Source of the DNA: the human T2T-CHM13v2.0 reference genome, Homo sapiens
Assembly: GCF_009914755.1 (NCBI RefSeq)
Contig: NC_060942.1
Strand: one strand, 5' to 3'
Length of the DNA stretch: 64,000 nt
The notes beneath the pieces are model-generated. The model was not told the origin of the DNA. It worked only from the letters and a program-made list of their open reading frames with translations, and did no database searches. Position 1 is the first letter of the stretch. Each line of letters begins with the position of its first letter. Shown piece by piece: positions 53,392 to 64,000 of this stretch. The position numbers and the translations under genes were made by a program.

Positions 53392-55088
53392 CATTCTCAG
53401 AAACTTACTCGTGATGTGTGTCCTCATCTAAAGAAGTAGAACCTTTCTTTTCATAGATAAGTTTTGAAACGCTCTTTTTGTGGAATCTGCAAGTGGATAT
53501 TTGGCTAGCTTTGGGGATTTCGCTGGAAGCGGGAATACATATAAAAAGCACACAGCAGCGTTCTGAGAAACTGCTTTCTGATGTTTGCATTCAAGTCAAA
53601 AGTTGAACACTCCCTTTCATAGAGCAGTCCTGAAACACTCCTTTTGTAGTATCTGGAACTGGACTTTTGGAGCGCTTTCAGGGCTAAGGTGAAAAAGGAA
53701 ATATCTTCCCATAAAAACTGGACAGAAGCATTCTCAGAAACTTGTTTATGCTGTATCTACTCAACTAACAAAGTTGAACCTTTCTTTTGATAGAGCAGTT
53801 TTGAAATGCTCTTTTTGTGGAATCTGCAAGTGGATATTTGGCTAGTTTTGAGGATTTCGTTGGAAGCGGGAATTCATACAAATTGCAGACTGCAGCGTTC
53901 TGAGAAACATCTTTGTGATGTTTGTATTCAGGACAGAGAGTTGAACATTCCCTATCATAGAGCAGGTTGGAATCACTCCTTTTGTAGTATCTGGAAGTGG
54001 ACATTTGGAGCGCTTTCAGGCCTATGTTGAAAAAGGAAATATCTTCCCATAACAACTAGACACAAGCATTCCCAGAAACTTGTTTGTGATGTGTGCCCTC
54101 TACTGACAGATTTGAACCTTTCTTTTCATAGAGCAGTTTTGAAACACTCTTTTTGTAGAATCTGCAAGAGGATATTTGCATAGCTTTGAGGATTTCGTGG
54201 GAAACGGGATTGTCTTCAGGTAAAATCTGGACAGAAGCATTCTCAGAAACTTCTTTGGGATGTTTGCATTCAAGTCACAGAGTAGAACATTCCCTTTGGT
54301 AGAGCAGGTTTGAAACACTCTTTTTGTAGTATCTGGAAGTGGACATTTGGAGCGCTTTCAGGCCTATGTTGGAAAGGGAAATATCTTCCCGTAACAACTA
54401 GGCAGAAGCATTCTCAGAAACGTATTTGAGATGTGTGTACTCAACTAAGAGAATTGAACCACCGTTTTGAAGGAGCAGTTTTGAAACACTCTTTTTCTGG
54501 AATCTGCAAGAGGATATTTGCCTAGCCTTGAGGATTTCGTTGGAAACGGGATTTTCTTCAGATAAAATCTAGACAGAAGCATTCTCAGAAACTTCTTTGG
54601 GATGTTTGCATTCAAGTCACAGAGTAGAACATTCCCTTTGGTAGAGCAGGTTTGAAACACTCTTTTTTTAGTATATGGAAGTGGACATTTGGAGCGCTTT
54701 CAGGCCTACGTTGGAAAAGGAAATATCTTCCCATAACAACTAGACAGAAGCATTCTCAGAAACTAGTTCCTGATGTGTGTCCTCAACTAACACAGTTGAA
54801 CATTTCTTTAGACAGAAGAGTTTTGAAACACTCTTTTTGTGGAATCTACAAGTGGATATTTGGCTAGATTTGAGGATTTCGTTGGAAACGGGATTACATA
54901 TAAAAAGCAGACAGCAGCATTCTCAGAAAGTTCTTTGTGATGATTGCATTCAAATCACAGAATTGAACATTCCCTTTCACAGAGGAGGTTTGAAACACTC
55001 TTTTTGTAGTGTGTGTAAGTGGACATTTGGAGCGCTTTCCGGCCTAAGGTGAAAAAGGAAATATCTTCCCATAAAAACTAGACAGAAG
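53392..55088 (+). repeat. Atypical 10-mer HOR (1,697 bp; a/b-c-d-e-f)
   Basis: The dimer-a 5' part is fused to the dimer-b box region (CTTTGGGGATTTCGCTGG) between 53481 and 53508; 338 bp lost. Confidence 0.9.
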
Positions 55089-56443
55089 CATTCTCAGAAA
55101 CTTACTCGTGATGTGTGTCCTCAACTAAAGGAGTAGAACCTTTCTATTCATAGAGAAGTTTTGAAACGCTCTTTTTGTGGAATCTCCAAGTGGATATTTG
55201 GCTAGTTTTGAGGATTTCGTTGGAAGCGGGAATTCATACAAATTGCAGACTGCAGCGTTCTGAGAAACATCTTTGTGATGTTTGTATTCAGGACACAGAG
55301 ATGAACATTCCCTATCATAGAGCAGGTTGGAATCACTCCTTTTGTAGTATCTGGGACATTTGGAGAGCTTTCAGGCCTATGTTGAAAAAGGAAATATCTT
55401 CCCATAACAACTAGACACAAGCATTCTCAGAAACTTGTTTGTGATGTGTGCCCTCTACTGACAGAGTTGAACCTTTCTTTTCATAGAGCAGTTTTGAAAC
55501 ACTCTTTTTGTAGAATCTGCAAGACGATATTTGCATAGCTTTGAGGATTTCGTGGGAAACCGGATTGTCTTCAGGTAAAATCTAGACAGAAGCATTCTCA
55601 GAAACTTCTTTGTGATGTTTCCATTCAAGTCACAGAGTAGAACATTCCCTTTGGTAGAGCAGGTTTGAAACACTCTTTTTGTAGTATCTGGAAGTGGACA
55701 TTTGGAGCGCTTTCAGGCCTATGTTGGAAAGGGAAATATCTTCCCGTAACAACTAGGCAGAAGCATTCTCAGAAACTTATTTGAGATGTGTGTACTCAAC
55801 TAAGAGAATTGAACCACCGTTTTGAAGGAGCAGTTTTGAAACACTCTTTTTCTGCAATCTGCAAGAGGATATTTGCCTAGCCTTGAGGATTTCGTTGGAA
55901 ACGGGATTGTCTTCAGATCAAATCTAGACAGAAGCATTCTCAGAAACTTCTTTGGGATGTTTGCATTCAAGTCACAGAGTAGAACATTCCCTTTGGTAGA
56001 GCAGGTTTGAAACACTCTTTTTTTAGTATATGGAAGTGGACATTTGGAGCGCTTTCAGGCCTACGTTGGAAAAGGAAATATCTTCCCATAACAACTAGAC
56101 AGAAGCATTCTCAGAAACTAGTTTCTGATGTGTGTCCTCAACTAACACAGTTGAACATTTCTTTAGACAGAACAGTTTTGAAACTCTCTTTTTGTGGAAT
56201 CTGCAAGTGGCTATTTGGCTAGATTTGAGGATTTCGTTGGAAACGGGATTACATATAAAAAGCAGACAGCAGCATTCTCAGAAAGTTCTTTGTGATGATT
56301 GCATTCAAGTCACAGAATTGAACATTCCCTTTCACAGAGCAGGTTTGAAACACTCTTTTTGTAGTGTGTGTAAGTGGACATTTGGAGCACTTTCCGGCCT
56401 AAGGTGAAAAAGGAAATATCTTCCCATAAAAACTAGACAGAAG
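55089..56443 (+). repeat. Diverged 8-mer HOR with a 5-bp deletion (1,355 bp)
   Basis: ATCTGGGACATT at ~55349-55360 instead of ATCTGGAAGTGGACATT, plus many private substitutions. Confidence 0.9.
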
Positions 56444-58477
56444 CATTCTCAGAAACTTACTCGTGATGTGTGTCCTCAACTAAAGGAGTAGAACCTTTGT
56501 TTTCATAGAGAAGTTTTGAAACGCTCTTTTTGTGGAATCTGCAAGTGGATATTTGGCTAGTTTGCAGGATTTCGTTGGAAGCGGGAATTCATACAAATTG
56601 CAGACTGCAGCGTTCTGAGAAACATCTTTGTGATGTTTGTATTCAGGACACAGATTTGAACATTCCCTATCATAGAGCAGGTTTGAATCACTCCTTTTGT
56701 AGTATCTGGAAGTGGACATTTGGAGCGCTTTCAGGCCTATGTTGGAAAAGGAAATATCTTCCCATAACAACTAGACAGAAGCATTCTCAGAAACTTATTT
56801 GAGATGTGTGTACTCAACTAAGAGAATTGAACCACCGTTTTGAAGGAGCAGTTTTGAAACACTCTTTTTCTGGAATCTGCAAGTGGATATTTGGCTAGCT
56901 TTGGGGATTTCGCTGGAAGCGGGAATACATATAAAAAGCACACAGCAGCGTTCTGAGAAACTGCTTTCTGATGTTTGCACTCAAGTGAAAAGTTGAACAC
57001 TCCCTTTCATAGAGCAGTCCTGAAACACTCCTTTTGTAGTATCTGGAACTGGACTTTTGGAGCGCTTTCAGGGCTAAGGTGAAAAAGGAAATATCTTCCC
57101 ATAAAAACTGGACAGAAGCATTCTCAGAAACTTGTTTATGCTGTATCTACTCAACTAACAAAGTTGAACATTTCTTTTGATAGAGCAGTTTTGAAATGCT
57201 CTTTTTGTGGAATCTGCAAGTGGATATTTGGCTAGTTTTGAGGATTTCGTTGGAAGCGGGAATTCATACAAATTGCAGACTGCAGCGTTCTGAGAAACAT
57301 CTTTGTGATGTTTGTATTCAGGACAGAGAGTTGAACATTCCCTATCATAGAGCAGGTTGGAATCACTCCTTTTGTAGTATCTGGAAGTGGACATTTGGAG
57401 CGCTTTCAGGCCTATGTTGAAAAAGGAAATATCTTCCCATAACAACTAGACACAAGCATTCTCAGAAACTTGTTTGTGATGTGTGCCCTCTACTGACAGA
57501 GTTGAACCTTTCTTTTCATAGAGCAGTTTTGAAACACTCTTTTTGTAGAATCTGCAAGAGGATATTTGCATAGCTTTGAGGATTACGTGGGAAACGGGAT
57601 TGTCTTCAGGTAAAATCTAGACAGAAGCATTCTCAGAAACTTCTTTGGGATGTTTGCATTCAAGTCACAGAGTAGAACATTCCCTTTGGTAGAGTAGGTT
57701 TGAAACACTCTTTTTGTAGTATTTGGAAGTGGACATTTGGAGCGCTTTCAGGCCCATGTTGGAAAGGGAAATATCTTCCCGTAACAACTAGGCAGAAGCA
57801 TTCTCAGAAACTTATTTGAGATGTGTGTATTCAACTAAGAGAATTGAACCACCGTTTTGAAGGAGCAGTTTTGAAACACTCTTTTTCTGGAATCTGAAAG
57901 AGGATATTTGCCTAGCCTTGAGGATTTCGTTGGAAACGGGATTGTCTTCAGATCAAATCTAGACAGAAGCATTCTCAGAAACTTCTTTGGGATGTTTGCA
58001 TTCAAGTCACAGAGTAGAACATTCCCTTTGGTAGAGCAGGTTTGAAACACTCTTTTTTTAGTATATGGAAGTGGACATTTGGAGCGCATTCAGGCCTACG
58101 TTGGAAAAGGAAATATCTTCCCATAACAACTAGACAGAAGCATTCTCAGAAACTAGTTTCTGATGTGTGTCCTCAACTAACACAGTTGCACATTTCTTTA
58201 GACAGAACAGTTTTGAAACACTCTTTTTGTGGAATCTGCAAGTGGCTATTTGGCTAGATTTGAGGATTTCGTTGGAAACGGGATTACATATAAAAAGCAG
58301 TCAGCAGCATTCTCAGAAAGTTCTTTGTGATGATTGCATTCAAGTCACAGAATTGAACATTCCCTTTCACAGAGCAGGTTTGAAATACTCTTTTTTAGTG
58401 TGTGTAATTGGACATTTGGAGCACTTTCCGGCCTAAGGTGTAAAAGGAAATATCTTCCCATAAAAACTAGACAGAAG
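56444..58477 (+). repeat. 12-mer HOR (2,034 bp) with a diverged 3' end
   Basis: Dimers a-f present, with a 1-bp deletion near 58395. Confidence 0.9.
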
Positions 58478-59497
58478 CATTCTCAGAAACTTACTCGTGA
58501 TGTGTGTCCTCCACTAAATGAGTAGAACCTTTCTTTTCATAGAGAAGTTTTGAAACGCTTTTTGTAGAATCTGCAAGAGGATATTTGCATAGCTTTGAGG
58601 ATTTCGTGGGAAACGGGATTGTCTTCAGGTAAAATCTAGACAGAAGCATTCTCAGAAACTTCTTTGGGATGTTTGCATTCAAGTCACAGAGTAGAACGTT
58701 CCCTTTGGTAGAGCAGGTTTGAAACACTCTTTTTGTATTATCTGGAAGTGGACATTTGGAGCGCTTTCAGGCCTATGTTGGAAAGGGAAATATCTTCCCG
58801 TAACAACTAGGCAGAAGCATTCTCAGAAACTTATTTGAGATGTGTGTACTCAACTAAGAGAATTGAATCACCGTTTTGAAGGAGCAGTTTTGAAACACTC
58901 TTTTTCTGGAATCTGCAAGAGGATATTTGCCTAGCCTTGAGGATTTCGTTGGAAACGGGATTGTCTTCAGATCAAATCTAGACAGAAGCATTCTCAGAAA
59001 CTTCTTTGGGATGTTTTCATTCAAGTCACAGAGTAGAACATTCCCTTTGGTAGAGCAGGTTTGAAACACTCTTTTTTTAGTATATGGAAGTGGACATTTG
59101 GAGCGCTTTCAGGCCTACGTTGGAAAAGGAAATATCTTCCCATAACAACTAGACAGAAGCATTCTCAGAAACTAGTTTCTGATGTGTGTCCTCAACTAAC
59201 ACAGTTGAACATTTCTTTAGACAGAACAGTTTTGAAACACTCTTTTTGTGGAATCTGCAAGTGGCTATTTGGCTAGATTTGAGGATTTCGTTGGAAACGG
59301 GATTACATATAAAAAGCAGACAGCAGCATTCTCAGAAAGTTCTTTGTGATGATTGCATTCAAGTCACAGAATTGAACATTCCCTTTCACAGAGCAGGTTT
59401 GAAACACTCTTTTTGTAGTGTGTGTAAGTGGACATTTGGAGCACTTTCCGGCCTAAGGTGAAAAAGGGAACATCTTCCCATAAAAACTAGACAGAAG
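58478..59497 (+). repeat. Atypical 6-mer HOR (1,020 bp; a/d-e-f)
   Basis: Dimer a is fused to dimer d at GAAACGCTTTTTGTAGAATC (~58552-58571), with 2 bp missing at the join. Confidence 0.9.
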
Positions 59498-62400
59498 CAT
59501 TCTCAGAAACTTACTCGTGATGTGTGTCCTCAACTAAAGGAGTAGAACCTTTGTTTTCATAGAGAAGTTTTGAAACGCTCTTTTTGTGGAATCTGCAAGT
59601 GGATATTTGGCTAGTTTGGAGGATTTCGTTGGAAGCGGGAATTCATACAAATTGCAGACTGCAGCGTTCTGAGAAACATCTTTGTGATGTTTGTATTCAG
59701 GACACAGAGTTGAACATTCCCTATCATAGAGCAGGTTGGAATCACTCCTTTTGTAGTATCTGGAAGTGGACATTTGGAGCGCTTTCAGGCCTATGTTGGA
59801 AAAGGAAATATCTTCCCATAACAACTAGACAGAAGCATTCTCAGAAACTTATTTGAGATGTGTGTACTCAACTAAGAGAATTGAACCACCGTTTTGAAGG
59901 AGCAGTTTTGAAACACTCTTTTTCTGGAATCTGCAAGTGGATATTTGGCTAGCTTTGGGGATTTCGCTGGAAGCGGGAATACATATAAAAAGCACACAGC
60001 AGCGTTCTGAGAAACTGCTTTCTGATGTTTGCATTCAAGTCAAAAGTTGAACACTCCCTTTCATAGAGCAGTCCTGAAACACTCCTTTTGTAGTATCTGG
60101 AACTGGACTTTTGGAGCGCTTTCAGGGCTAAGGTGAAAAAGGAAATATCTTCCCATAAAAACTGGACAGAAGCATTCTCAGAAACTTGTTTATGCTGTAT
60201 CTACTCAACTAACAAAGTTGAACCTTTCTTTTGATAGAGCAGTTTTGAAATGCTCTTTTTGTGGAATCTGCAAGTGGATATTTGGCTAGTTTGAGGATTT
60301 CGTTGGAAGCGGGAATTCATACAAATTGCAGACTGCAGCGTTCTGAGAAACATCTTTGTGATGTTTGTATTCAGGACACAGAGTTGAACATTCCCTATCA
60401 TAGAGCAGGTTGGAATCACTCCTTTTGTAGTATCTGGAAGTGGACATTTGGAGCGCTTTCAGGCCTATGTTGAAAAAGGAAATATCTTCCCATAACAACT
60501 AGACACAAGCATTCTCAGAAACTTGTTTGTGATGTGTGCCCTCTACTGACAGAGTTCAACCTTTCTTTTCATAGAGCAGTTTTGAAACACTCTTTTTGTA
60601 GAATCTGCAAGAGGATATTTGCATAGCTTTGAGGATTTCGTGGGAAACGGGATTGTCTTCAGGTAAAATCTAGACAGAAGCATTCTCAGAAACTTCTTTG
60701 GGATGTTTGCATTCAAGTCACAGAGTAGAACATTCCCTTTGGTAGAGCAGGTTTGAAACACTCTTTTTTTAGTATATGGAAGTGGACATTTGGAGCGCTT
60801 TCAGGCCTACGTTGGAAAAGGAAATATCTTCCCATAACAACTAGACAGAAGCATTCTCAGAAACTAGTTTCTGATGTGTGTCCTCAACTAACACAGTTGT
60901 ACATTTCTTTAGACAGAACGGTTTTGAAACACTCTTTTTGTGGAATCTGCAAGTGGATATTTGGCTAGATTTGAGGATTTCGTTGGAAACGGGATTACAT
61001 ATAAAAAGCAGACAGCAGCATTCTCCGAAAGTTCTTTGTGATGATTGCATTCAAGTCACAGAATTGAACATTCCCTTTCACAGAGCAGGTTTGAAACACT
61101 CTTTTTGTAGTGTGTGTAAGTGGACATTTGGAGCACTTACCGGCCTAAGGTGAAAAAGGAAATATCTTCCCATAAAAACTAGACAGAAGCATTCTCAGAA
61201 ACTTACTCGTGATGTGTGTCCTCAACTAAAGGAGTAGAACCTTTCTTTTCATAGAGAAGTTTTGAAACGCTCTTTTTGTGGAATCTGCAAGTGGATATTT
61301 GGCTAGTTTTGAGGATTTCGTTGGAAGCGGGAATTCATACAAATTGCAGACTGCAGCGTTCTGAGAAACATCTTTGTGATGTTTGTATTCAGGACACAGA
61401 GTTGAACATTCCCTATCATAGAGCAGGTTGGAATCACTCCTTTTGTAGTATCTGGAAGTGGACATTTGGAGCGCTTTCAGGCCTATGTTGGAAAAGGAAA
61501 TATCTTCCCATAACAACTAGACAGAAGCATTCTCAGAAACTTATTTGAGATGTGTGTACTCAACTAAGAGAATTGAACCACCGTTTTGAAGGAGCAGTTT
61601 TGAAACACTCTTTTTCTGGAATCTGCAAGTGGATATTTGGCTAGCTTTGGGGATTTCGCTGGAAGCGGGAATACATATAAAAAGCACACAGCAGCGTTCT
61701 GAGAAACTGCTTTCTGATGTTTGCATTCAAGTCAAAAGTTGAACACTCCCTTTCATAGAGCAGTCCTGAAACACTCCTTTTGTAGTATCTGGAACTGGAC
61801 TTTTGGAGCGCTTTCAGGGCTAAGGTGAAAAAGGAAATATCTTCCCATAAAAACTGGACAGAAGCATTCTCAGAAACTTGTTTATACTGTATCTACTCTA
61901 CTAAAAAAGTTGAACCTTTCTTTTGATAGAGCAGTTTTGAAATGCTCTTTTTGTGGAATCTGCAAGTGGATATTTGGCTAGATTTGAGGATTTCGTTGGA
62001 AGCTGGAATACATACAAATTGCAGACTGCAGCGTTCTGAGAAACATCTTTGTAATGTTTGTATTCAGGACACAGAGTTGAACATTCCCTATCATAGAGCA
62101 GGTTGGAATCACTCCTTTTGTAGTATCTAGAAGTGGACATTTGGAGCGCTTTCAGGCCTATGTTGAAAAAGGAAATATCTTCCCATAACAACTAGACACA
62201 AGCATTCTCAGAAACTTGTTTGTGATGTGTGCCCTCTACTGACAGAGTTGAACCTTTCTTTTCATAGAGCAGTTTTGAAACACTCTTTTTGTAGAATCTG
62301 CAAGAGGATATTTGCATAGCTTTGAGGATTTCGTGGGTAACGGGATTGTCTTCAGGTAAAATCTAGACAGAAGCATTCTCAGAAACTTCTTTGGGATGTT

Positions 62401-64000
62401 TGCATTCAAGTCACAGAGTAGAACATTCCCTTTGGTAGAGCAGGTTTGAAACACTCTTTTTGTAGTATCTGGAAGTGGACATTTGGAGCGCTTTCAGGCC
62501 TATGTTGGAAAGGGAAATATCTTCCCGTAACAACTAGGCAGAAGCATTCTCAGAAACTTATTTGAGATGTGTGTACTCAACTAAGAGAATTGAACCACCG
62601 TTTTGAAGGAGCAGTTTTGAAACACTCTTTTTCTGGAATCTGCAAGAGGATATTTGCCTAGCCATGAGGATTTCGTTGGAAACGGGATTGTCTTCAGATC
62701 AAATCTAGACAGAAGCATTCTCAGAAACTTCTTTGGGATGTTTGCATTCAAGTCACAGAGTAGAACATTCCCTTTGGTAGAGCAGGTTTGAAACACTCTT
62801 TTTTTAGTATATGGAAGTGGACATTTGGAGCGCTTTCAGGCCTACGTTGGAAAAGGAAATATCTTCCCATAACAACTAGACAGAAGCATTCTCAAAAACT
62901 TGTTTCTGATGTGTGTCCTCAACTAACACAGTTGAACATTTCTTTAGACAGAACAGTTTTGAAACACTCTTTTTGTGGTATCTGCAAGTGGCTATTTGGC
63001 TAGATATAAGGATTTCGTTGGAAACGGGATTACATATAAAAAGCAGACAGCAGCATACTCAGAAACTTCTTTGTGATGATTGCATTCAAGTCACAGTATT
63101 GAACATTCCCTTTCACAGAGCAGGTTTGAAACACTCTTTGTATAGTGTGTGTAAGTGGACATTTGGAGCACTTTCCGGCCTAAGGTGAAAAAGGAAATAT
63201 CTTCCCATAAAAACTAGACAGAAGCATTCTCAGAAACTTACTCGTGATGTGTGTCCTCAACTAAAGAAGTAGAACCTTTCTTTTCATAGAGAAGTTTTGA
63301 AACGCTCTTTTTGTGGAATCTGCAAGTGGATATTTGGCTAGTTTTGAGGATTTCGTTGGAAGCGGGAATTCATACAAATTGCAGACTGCAGCGTTCTGAG
63401 AAACATCTTTGTGATGTTTGTATTCAGGACACAGAGTTGAACATTCCCTATCATAGAGCAGGTTGGAATCACTCCTTTTGTAGTATCTGGAAGTGGACAT
63501 TTGGAGCGCTTTCAGGCCTATGTTGGAAAAGGAAATATCTTCCCATAACAACTAGACAGAAGCATTCTCAGAAACTTATTTGAGATGTGTGTACTCAACT
63601 AAGAGAATTGAACCACCGTTTTGAAGGAGCAGTTTTGAAACTCTCTTTTTCTGAAATCTGCAAGTGGATATTTGGCTAGCTTTGGGGATTTCGCTGGAAG
63701 CGGGAATACATATAAAAAGCACACAGCAGCGTTCTGAGAAACTGCTTTCTGATGTTTGCATTCAAGTCAAAAGTTGAACACTCCCTTTCATAGAGCAGTC
63801 TTGAAACACCCCTTTTGTAGTATCTGGAACTGGACTTTTGGAGCGATTTCAGGGCTAAGGTGAAAAAGGAAATATCTTCCCATAAAAACTGGACAGAAGC
63901 ATTCTCAGAAACTTGTTTATGCTGTATCTACTCAACTAACAAAGTTGAACCTTTCTTTTGATAGAGCAGTTTTGAAATGGTCTTTTTGTGGAATCTGCAA
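59498..64000 (+). repeat. 10-mer (1,692 bp), 12-mer (2,035 bp) and a partial HOR running off the window end
   Basis: Unit starts 59498, 61190 and 63225; 1-bp deletion near 60290. Confidence 0.9.

Larger units (their letters stand above)
1..64000 (+). repeat. Centromeric alpha-satellite (alphoid) higher-order repeat array, SF2 dimeric type, most likely human chr18 D18Z1 (S2C18H1L)
   Basis: Continuous ~170-bp monomers starting CATTCTCAGAAAC or CGTTCTGAGAAAC. A CENP-B box (TTTCGTTGGAARCGGGA, preceded by the SF2-like GAGGA) occurs in every second monomer. The basic period is 2,035 bp and EcoRI GAATTC sites lie at 271, 946 and 2306 (675 and 1,360 bp apart). Alpha satellite is certain; the chr18 call rests on recalled knowledge that D18Z1 is the SF2 12-mer with ~0.68 and 1.36 kb EcoRI fragments (about 0.85 confidence). 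Confidence 0.97.

Noticed and set aside
9720-55570. Same rare alleles in different dimers (AAGACGAT at ~9726 in dimer e and ~55525 in dimer d; AAACCGG at 21295 in e and 55561 in d) as proof of inter-monomer conversion
   Set aside because: These are single-base coincidences without linked markers, so recurrent mutation cannot be excluded.
166-63761. All ORFs of 60-97 aa in the supplied track (MLWEDISF..., MWNLQVDI..., MFQTCSTK..., MKHSFFSI..., MSSTNTVE..., MQTSESSF...)
   Set aside because: They overlap on both strands, recur exactly with the satellite period, are broken freely by indels and stops, and resemble no protein family I recognise. They are chance frames in alpha satellite and were used only as variant markers.
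1-64000. CRISPR-like or other repeat-spacer array interpretation (recurring CATTCTCAGAAAC motif)
   Set aside because: The intervening sequences are homologous ~170-bp monomers rather than unique spacers, and there are no cas or other genes.
1-64000. A novel gene-encoded biological system, transposon insertion (L1, Alu, LTR) or inversion
   Set aside because: Every interval between HOR anchors is accounted for by whole monomers plus indels of at most 5 bp. I saw no poly-A tail, target-site duplication, non-alphoid sequence or strand switch.
1-64000. The window being a computationally generated centromere model rather than real assembled sequence
   Set aside because: Multi-kilobase linkage of private variants (8,138 and 7,466-bp offsets) is not expected from short-range Markov models. 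This is likely but not provable without the source.

Overview
The whole 64 kb is uninterrupted primate centromeric alpha-satellite DNA: ~170-bp monomers, head-to-tail, in one orientation. It is dimeric, alternating a CENP-B-box monomer and a pJalpha-box monomer (suprachromosomal family 2, D1/D2 type). The basic higher-order repeat (HOR) is a 2,035-bp 12-mer made of six dimers, here labelled a-f, with EcoRI sites spaced 675 and 1,360 bp apart. This best fits the active human chromosome 18 array D18Z1 (S2C18H1L); the assignment is from recall and I did not run a search. Counting from each dimer-a start gives 37 complete HOR units: 16 12-mers, 11 8-mers, 8 10-mers and 2 6-mers. I see no genes, RNAs, transposons, inversions or CRISPR arrays, and every listed ORF is a chance frame recurring with the repeat period. 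I found no novel protein-coding system. The real signal is how the array evolved: an apparently perfect 8,138-bp tandem duplication, an alternating 8-mer/10-mer (3,053-bp) super-repeat carrying a CENP-B-box-disrupted haplotype, several independent deletion junctions, dispersed block copies, and more diverged units toward the right end. All comparisons were made by eye and from the ORF track.
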